A stretch of 64,000 nt of DNA, taken from the NCBI GenBank assembly GCA_900538765.1, contig UQAB01000001.1, positions 75,679 to 139,678 on the forward strand, given 5' to 3'. The translations under genes were made by a program, and so were the position numbers. A model generated the notes under the pieces. That model saw only the letters and a program-made list of their open reading frames with translations, made no database searches and had not been told where the DNA came from. Source of the DNA: an uncultured Azospirillum sp. GTDB taxonomy: Bacteria > Pseudomonadota > Alphaproteobacteria > RF32 > CAG-239. Of the stretch, positions 57,817 to 64,000 are shown one piece after another. Every line of letters starts with the position of its first letter. Position 1 is the first letter of the stretch.

Positions 57817-59592
57817 TCATATTTTTTTTTTATATTTCAAAACAAAATCATTAACAAGGTCATAAATCTTCTGCTTGTAACATTTTTGATTGTATAAAGT
57901 TTCTATATCAATATCTTTATTCCCAACATATATTTTTATTCGTGAACCCAGCTTGACATCAATATCTTCGTCTAAAGCTAGAAAGTCTAAATTAAAAATT
58001 TCAGCATATTGTTTTTTAATCTTTTCTTTAAGCCTCAAATAATCTTCATTTACTAACAAATATTTTAGCATAAATTCATTTCCAAAAAAATCCTTGTATT
58101 TTGAATAATCATTACTAGCAATACTAGCGCACTTATCATTTGTTATATCACAAGGATACAAACTTAAATCAATCTTTTCGCTTTTATTTATAACAAACCA
58201 ACATGTCAATCCTCCATCAGAAGGGCGTTCTTTAAAATATTCTTCACTCAAGGTTCTGTAATATGCATAATAATCTCTTAGGCATTCACCGTTTTCTACA
58301 TATTCAATTTTCTTTGATAGAGGAGCTTGAGAATTAGTACTTCCATCTTTTACCAAAGAAATTGTTGCTGGTTGAACATCCTTATAAATAATAAACGTTT
58401 TATTACGATCTAAATAATTTTTCTTATTTTCAATGACGATATTCTTGTCTTTCTTCAACGTTCTATATTCTCTTAATTTGTCTCCAGCAAAATCCTTCTC
58501 ATCAAAATAGTAAAGCTTATCTCGTACTTTAATTGAGGCATGGGGAGGTAAACCAACAAACTCTTCTTTATCTGAATTTTGTCGATAAAAAAAGAACTCG
58601 GCATTGTAATTAAACAATTCATATTTTTTGTTTTGAAATGATAAACTTGCTATCGTATACGGAGAATTATTGGTAATTATATACTCAACTTCAAAATCAT
58701 TGTAATTAGAGATAACACGAGAAAACTTAACCTCAACCTGAGACTTCAACTCCTCAATTTTATCACTGAAAGGTTTCGCTATTAGCTTTCCATCAGTCAT
58801 AAAATTAAATGTCTGCTCTATAAGATTATTTATTTTCTTTTGTTTTTCTGAACTACAAATATTCCCATCAATTTCCGTTGCAATTTCATCAGTTTTATAA
58901 GCCATTGCTGCTTGATAATCTTTACTTAATTTTCTTAAATCATCTAAAAAATCCATTCCCAAATTTTTGTCATTAGTAAGAATATCTTTATCAGATGGGG
59001 AAATATTAAAAATTTCTTCTGTATACTCTTCTTCATTTTCTAAAATCTCAAGATAAGAAGAAATAATTTTTTTTACTTTCTTTCTGTTGTTTAACTCTTT
59101 TAACTTTTGTTCCTCCCTTTTCTGTTTCATATCCTTATTATACGTTTTACATGAACGATAATTACTAATTTCATTCATTCTCGACAAACTTAATTCTGTT
59201 TTTAATACATTTATATCCTTTTGCAGAGGGTTATCGTCATAAACATTTGCCAAAAACAAGCTATAATGTTCTATTACGGTTTCCATGTCGCCTAAAACAA
59301 TATCTTTAATATTATCACATACGTTTGACACTTCCATATTAGCAATCTCTGTTTTTATCTCTACTAAGCTAGATATTCTATTTGAAAGTACAATCCGTGA
59401 TGTTACAGAAGCAATTTTCTCATACTCAGAAAATAATTTTATTTTCTTGTTTATAAATTCTTTTTCCCCTGCTGGCTCGTAAAAATATTTATAATAAGAA
59501 TAACAAATACTTCCACAAATTATTATTGTTAACAAGGCTATTAAAGATAGTAAAATTATTTTCTTTAATTTCAACATTTTCTTTTCTTCCAT
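57817..59592 (-). CDS. AT-rich-island hypothetical lysine-rich single-pass membrane protein (~592 aa)
   Basis: Start at MEEKKMLKLKKIILLSLIALLTIIICG with SD GGGGTGA 3-4 nt upstream. N-terminal TM then a large K/N/E/Y-rich domain. Very low GC compared with neighbours. Confidence 0.55.
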   Translation of the reverse strand: MEEKKMLKLKKIILLSLIALLTIIICGSICYSYYKYFYEPAGEKEFINKKIKLFSEYEKIASVTSRIVLSNRISSLVEIKTEIANMEVSNVCDNIKDIVLGDMETVIEHYSLFLANVYDDNPLQKDINVLKTELSLSRMNEISNYRSCKTYNKDMKQKREEQKLKELNNRKKVKKIISSYLEILENEEEYTEEIFNISPSDKDILTNDKNLGMDFLDDLRKLSKDYQAAMAYKTDEIATEIDGNICSSEKQKKINNLIEQTFNFMTDGKLIAKPFSDKIEELKSQVEVKFSRVISNYNDFEVEYIITNNSPYTIASLSFQNKKYELFNYNAEFFFYRQNSDKEEFVGLPPHASIKVRDKLYYFDEKDFAGDKLREYRTLKKDKNIVIENKKNYLDRNKTFIIYKDVQPATISLVKDGSTNSQAPLSKKIEYVENGECLRDYYAYYRTLSEEYFKERPSDGGLTCWFVINKSEKIDLSLYPCDITNDKCASIASNDYSKYKDFFGNEFMLKYLLVNEDYLRLKEKIKKQYAEIFNLDFLALDEDIDVKLGSRIKIYVGNKDIDIETLYNQKCYKQKIYDLVNDFVLKYKKKI

Positions 59593-59706
59593 AATCACCC
59601 CGCTTATTCGAAAAACCATTAATCGAAAAATACTTCCAATAAAAAGACACAAACAACAAAAAAATGAAAAACTAAATCTATATTAATCATCCATTATACA
59701 CAACAT

Positions 59707-60816
59707 TTAACCGTCTTCAAGATGAAGCAATATCGACACGCTCACCAATACCGTAATCAAAATAGGCGTCCAAACCGCCATAAATACCGGAATATAGCCG
59801 TTCAAACCGAAAGTATAAATAACCTGCGATGAAAAATAAACCAGAAAACCGGCAATAATACCGCCGACAATAAGAAACATCACGCCACCGCGGCGATTGT
59901 TCGGCCGCAGAGCAAAAACCGCCGCTACCAAAACCATGGCACAAAGCATAAATGGCGAAGCAATCAGCGACAAATAACGAATTCGATGTTTAACCACCGA
60001 AAAGCCGGATTTTTTATAAAATTCTATTGTGCTGGGCAAATCCCAAAAAGAAATGGCGTCAGGATCAATAAAATTCTCCCGGATACGATCGACCGTAATC
60101 GTTGTGTTGTACTTAACGCTGTTGACAATAGTCCGCGGCTTACCGGCCTCAAATACATTAACATCTTTCAACTCAATCTGTTCATTTTTCAAAACCGCCA
60201 TAAAAGCACCAACCTGCCGCAAAATCTGGGAATTATGGTCAAGTTCCAAAATATTGACATCATACAAATACAAAGTCTGCTCATCTTCCTGACGGACGGA
60301 TTTGGCCTGCATTACCAAAACATTGCCTTCTTCCGCCGCTTCCCTGATCCATAATCCTTTATCGGAAAAAAGCACGGCCTTCGGATTTTTGGTCTTAAGC
60401 TGATAATCCATCGTTTCAAAAATTTCCAACATCCTTGAGGCAATCGGATTAAAAATACTCACATTAATCACGCCAATCATAAAAACGGCAAACAGAACCG
60501 GAACCAGAAAGCCCCAAACAGACACCCCTGCTGCCCGGATAATCACAAATTCGTTTGTTTTGCTGACTTTTTGAAAAGTCACCATCGCGGCAATCATCAT
60601 GACAAACGGGAAAATCATATCCAGTGTCCGCGGCAATTTCATCATTACCATCTTCAGAACAAAACCCCAGCCGATATCCGGCCTGTCCGCCACACGGCGC
60701 AGCAAATCAATCACCTCAAACATAAATATAATGCCCAGCACCATAATCAGAACTGAGAAAAAATTCCACACAATCTGCTTTGTCAGATATCTGCCGAGAA
60801 TAGAATTAGGTTTCAT
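59707..60816 (-). CDS. LptF/LptG-family LPS export permease (YjgP/YjgQ)
   Basis: Six-TM topology with a large periplasmic loop and a conserved N-terminal ILGRYL...F region. 369 aa. Confidence 0.75.
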   Translation of the reverse strand: MKPNSILGRYLTKQIVWNFFSVLIMVLGIIFMFEVIDLLRRVADRPDIGWGFVLKMVMMKLPRTLDMIFPFVMMIAAMVTFQKVSKTNEFVIIRAAGVSVWGFLVPVLFAVFMIGVINVSIFNPIASRMLEIFETMDYQLKTKNPKAVLFSDKGLWIREAAEEGNVLVMQAKSVRQEDEQTLYLYDVNILELDHNSQILRQVGAFMAVLKNEQIELKDVNVFEAGKPRTIVNSVKYNTTITVDRIRENFIDPDAISFWDLPSTIEFYKKSGFSVVKHRIRYLSLIASPFMLCAMVLVAAVFALRPNNRRGGVMFLIVGGIIAGFLVYFSSQVIYTFGLNGYIPVFMAVWTPILITVLVSVSILLHLEDG

Positions 60817-60898
60817 TATATTTAAACAGCTTTCCTTTTTAAAAATTTGCCTACAACATAACCAAAAACGACCGCTTTGGCAAATACTTTTTTCAAGG

Positions 60899-61825
60899 CT
60901 AAAACCAGCCTAGCGACAAATACCTTTCCGTCCCGTCCGGCAAAATAACCACAATCACCTTCTTGGCAAACTCCGGACGCTGCCCGATTTTCACCGCCGC
61001 CGCCAGCGCTGCTCCGGCAGAAATGCCTATCGGCAAACCTTCTTCCTTAGCCGCGTCTTTCAACAAAGCGATTGCTTCGTCATCCTTAATATCTATAACT
61101 TCGTCCACCAAAGATTTATCATAAAACGGCGGCACGAACCCGGCGCCTATACCGGGAATTTTATGCGCACCGGCCTCCCCGCCTGACAAAACCGGACTGG
61201 AAGCCGGCTCCACGGCAACAACATACAAATCCGGATTGCAGGTTTTCAGCGTCGACGCTATTCCAGTCAAAGTCCCGGAAGTCCCGACAGCACTGACAAT
61301 CACGTCAACATTTCCGCCGGTATCCTCCATAATCTCCATACTCGTTCCCAGCCGGTGCGCTTCGGGATTGGCTTCGTTTTCAAACTGTTTCAACATAATC
61401 ACGTTCGGATTTTTCGCCGCCAAGATTTCCGCCTTTTTTATCGCACCGTTCATCCCGTCTTCTCTAGGCGTCAAAATAACCTCCGCCCCGAAATGGCGCA
61501 TCATCTTGATACGTTCTTCACTCATATTTTCCGGCATGGTTATCACCAGTTTATATCTCTTGGCCGCACACATCGCCGACAAAGCAATGCCCGTATTTCC
61601 CGAAGTGGCTTCCACAAAAACCGTTTCACTGTTGACCTTTCCGCTCTCTTCCGCTTTTTCAAGCATTTTCAAAGCAATACGGTCCTTAACCGAAAACAAC
61701 GGATTATAAGCCTCGCACTTTCCCAAAATCTCGGCCTTAACCTTATGCTTGCGGCACAAACGATTTAAACGCAGCAACGGCGTATGCCCGACCATTTCCG
61801 TAATTGAATTGTAAATTTTCTTCAT
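60899..61825 (-). CDS. cysK: cysteine synthase A (O-acetylserine sulfhydrylase)
   Basis: MKKIYNSITEMVGHTPLLRLN...SVKDR (PLP lysine) ...GTSGTLTG. Start at the internal ATG. Confidence 0.85.
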   Translation of the reverse strand: MKKIYNSITEMVGHTPLLRLNRLCRKHKVKAEILGKCEAYNPLFSVKDRIALKMLEKAEESGKVNSETVFVEATSGNTGIALSAMCAAKRYKLVITMPENMSEERIKMMRHFGAEVILTPREDGMNGAIKKAEILAAKNPNVIMLKQFENEANPEAHRLGTSMEIMEDTGGNVDVIVSAVGTSGTLTGIASTLKTCNPDLYVVAVEPASSPVLSGGEAGAHKIPGIGAGFVPPFYDKSLVDEVIDIKDDEAIALLKDAAKEEGLPIGISAGAALAAAVKIGQRPEFAKKVIVVILPDGTERYLSLGWF

Positions 61826-61921
61826 TTTGACCTCTAACCTGTTCATAAAGCGCAAAACAAGTTTATTTTCTGCGCCGGATTTGCTACTATTGGCTCAATC
61901 TTAAAGGCAAATAATAAAAAA

Positions 61922-62506
61922 ATGATAAAGACCCAAACTTTTATTTATACGGTTTTACTCGGAACGATCCTCGCTGTGCCGGCGCCGGCAACCAGTCTGG
62001 ATGAAATCTACCGGGACATCGTCCGCTCCGACAACAGCGGATATTTGCCGCTATACGTTAAAAACCGCAACGCGCCGGAATTCCTCTTTGATGACAGCGA
62101 GCTGCAAAAAGCCAAAGACAATCCCCCGCTCATCCCGATTATTCAGGAAGAAGACAGCGTTATTGACTTTGAAAACAAAAGAAAACTGCGCGAGCTGGAA
62201 GAGCAGGCCAGGATTTTACAATGGCAGCAAACGCTTAACGCCGTAAAAGAAAACCGCGTTACTCCGGTCGAATTAAAAGAAATCGAACAAAAAGCCGAAA
62301 AGAACGACCCTCAGGCCATTGAAGTCTACGCTTATATTTATGCCCGCGGGATTGGTGTCAAACCTGATTTGCCCAAAGCGTTCCAACTCTACCAGAAGGC
62401 AGAAAAGTTAAACGTACCCAATGCCTTGCAAAATGCTGCCAAGGTATATAAAGCCATGTCCCCGAAACAAAGAAAAGAGCTTTCCCCGCTGAAGGCTAAG
62501 AATTAA
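61922..62506 (+). CDS. secreted Sel1-like repeat protein
   Basis: Signal peptide MIKTQTFIYTVLLGTILAVPAPA. C-terminal AIEVYAYIYARGIGVKPDLPKAFQLYQKAEKLN matches the SLR consensus. Confidence 0.5.
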   Translation: MIKTQTFIYTVLLGTILAVPAPATSLDEIYRDIVRSDNSGYLPLYVKNRNAPEFLFDDSELQKAKDNPPLIPIIQEEDSVIDFENKRKLRELEEQARILQWQQTLNAVKENRVTPVELKEIEQKAEKNDPQAIEVYAYIYARGIGVKPDLPKAFQLYQKAEKLNVPNALQNAAKVYKAMSPKQRKELSPLKAKN

Positions 62507-62999
62507 ATTCTTCGGGAAACAACTGCTGCAGAGCCAGCCAGTGACAATAGTTTATCTTGACTTTTCCGCTGAAAATATCTTCAATATCCGCCCAAACGGC
62601 TTCGCCGTTTTCCGGTGTTTTCCACCGCGGACGCAACACATCAAAACCATAAGCGTCAGCTTCATAAACCATAAAAAACTGATGGTAAATATAAAACATG
62701 CCGCTTGGCTTTTCATCATCGGCGAAATAATTAACCGTCTGCTCAAACTGCCGAACACCTTTATCCAGCATAAACTCCACGCCGGTTTCTTCATAAAGCT
62801 TGCGGAACAGACAATCCCTGAAATTCTCGCTGCGGCGAATGCTTCCGCCCGGAAATTCAGGAACCCCCACTCCCGGAGGATAAGTCAGCAAAATCTTGTT
62901 TTCCTTAACCAACAGGGCAAAATAACCGTTTTTATATGCCGGGATAACATCATCGGCATATTTTGGACGCCCTTTGCGGTTAAAGAAAAGATTATCCAT
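62496..62999 (-). CDS. NUDIX hydrolase
   Basis: Nudix box GGSIRRSENFRDCLFRKLYEETGVE. Confidence 0.7.
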   Translation of the reverse strand: MDNLFFNRKGRPKYADDVIPAYKNGYFALLVKENKILLTYPPGVGVPEFPGGSIRRSENFRDCLFRKLYEETGVEFMLDKGVRQFEQTVNYFADDEKPSGMFYIYHQFFMVYEADAYGFDVLRPRWKTPENGEAVWADIEDIFSGKVKINYCHWLALQQLFPEEFNS

Positions 63000-63654
63000 G
63001 CTGCGCTTCCGTCAAAAGATGTTCAACAAACTCTGCCAACCCGGTCTGTCTGACGCGCTTCATTCTCTCTGCGGAAATAATTTTCTGCACCTTATAAACC
63101 GTTTCTTCCAGATTGACATTCAACAAAACATAATCAAATTCTTTCCAATGGCTCACTTTGTCAGGAAACTGAGACATCCGCTTTTTGATAACTTCTTCAG
63201 AATCCGTCCCTCTGCCGTACAAACGCCGTCTAAGCTCCACAATTGATGGCGGCAGAAGATAAATCGTCACGACATCATCCGGCGCCTTAGCCTTCATCTG
63301 CCGAGCTCCGGCCCAATCCATATCAAACAAAACATCTTCGCCGACATTCAAAAAGCCGTCCACCTCTGAGCGCAAAGTCCCGTAACGCGCGCCGTATTGA
63401 GAATCAACACATTCATAAAAAGCGTCTTCGGCCTTGAGCTTGTCATATTCCGCATCGGAAATAAAATGATAATCGATATCTTCAACTTCCGTGTCACGCT
63501 TTGGCCGGGTCGTTACCGAAACTGAAAACTTAATATGCTCGTCCTGAGCCAGAATTTCTTTGCAGACAGCACCTTTTCCCGTCCCCGACGGTCCCTCAAT
63601 AATAAACATTGCGCCGCGGCGGACTCTTTTCAGTTTGTCGATAATGTCATTCAT
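62992..63654 (-). CDS. gmk: guanylate kinase
   Basis: FIIEGPSGTGKGAV P-loop and VSVTTRPKRDTEVEDIDYHFIS. Start chosen at the ATG with SD GAGGAGAAAG rather than 63672. Confidence 0.85.
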   Translation of the reverse strand: MNDIIDKLKRVRRGAMFIIEGPSGTGKGAVCKEILAQDEHIKFSVSVTTRPKRDTEVEDIDYHFISDAEYDKLKAEDAFYECVDSQYGARYGTLRSEVDGFLNVGEDVLFDMDWAGARQMKAKAPDDVVTIYLLPPSIVELRRRLYGRGTDSEEVIKKRMSQFPDKVSHWKEFDYVLLNVNLEETVYKVQKIISAERMKRVRQTGLAEFVEHLLTEAQHG

Positions 63655-63757
63655 GTCTTTCTCCTCGCCCAAATGTGTAAAACTGCTGCTGCAAATTTTG
63701 ATTTTAAGTAATTTTATAGTATATTGCTAAAAACAATATTAATAAGGATTTTCAAAA

Positions 63758-64000
63758 ATGGCAACATCAAAACGTTATCAAAACATCCTCATTACCGGCG
63801 CTTCTAGCGGTATTGGCGAAGCCTTGGCGCTGCAATATGCCAAAACCACCGCCGCCCGCCTGTTTTTATCAGGCAGAAATGAAGAACGCCTGCAGGATGT
63901 CTGCCGCCGCTGCAAAGACCTTGGCGCAGAAACCGAATGCAAAATCATTGACGTAACCGACCGCCAAGCTATGAAAGAATGGATAAACCAATGCGAAAAG
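63758..64000 (+). CDS. short-chain dehydrogenase/reductase (SDR), N-terminal part (runs off window end)
   Basis: Manual translation gives MATSKRYQNILITGASSGIGEALALQYAK... with the TGxxxGxG cofactor motif. SD AAGGA 9 nt before the ATG at 63758. Confidence 0.6.
   Translation, partial: MATSKRYQNILITGASSGIGEALALQYAKTTAARLFLSGRNEERLQDVCRRCKDLGAETECKIIDVTDRQAMKEWINQCEK

Overview
This ~64 kb window has moderate GC (~45%) with AT-rich patches. The conserved blocks (rimP-nusA-ylxR/L7Ae-infB; rbfA-truB-rpsO-pnp; leuS-lptE-holA; a DUF3576-like lipoprotein next to leuS) look alphaproteobacterial, and the accessory content suggests a host-associated or intracellular lifestyle. Core genes are dense: rarA, truA, recX, hslO, cdnL-like, ackA, pta, ndk, rsmB, trmL, ychF, pth, rplY, pnp, rpsO, truB, rbfA, rplI-rpsR-rpsF, yifB/comM, infB, nusA, rimP, lptF/G, cysK and gmk. 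Between them is accessory material. There is an orphan VirD4/TraG-type coupling protein beside a pentapeptide-repeat protein. A secreted 626-aa protein is extremely cysteine-rich. A 946-aa secreted protein appears to end in a degenerate trypsin-like domain. A ~2.1 kb AT-rich island encodes a lysine-rich single-pass membrane protein. Three further features are the main candidates for something undescribed. (i) A family of ~120-nt structured intergenic repeats (core GTGTACA-N5-AGTACATGA) occurs singly or in tandem arrays at 14.2-14.6, 29.5, 39.65-40.14 and 51.8-52.26 kb. Its inner stems differ in sequence between loci but stay complementary. A related long-hairpin family lies at 18.4-18.6 and 32.5-32.6 kb. 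(ii) A promoter-plus-leader cassette is copied upstream of at least 9 small minus-strand genes. It has a TTGTTGACTTTTGTCTA -35 region and an AU-rich, Shine-Dalgarno-less leader ending TATAATT-ATG. (iii) The genes it drives include a paralogous family with a WYWSSSE...HPV motif reminiscent of the DUF1566/Lcl C-terminal domain, plus small two-TM membrane proteins. The family-protein insertion appears to split the usual infB-rbfA linkage. No rRNA, tRNA, CRISPR array, transposase or integrase was recognised. Coordinates I counted by hand (repeats, hairpins, edge-truncated CDSs) may be off by a few nt.
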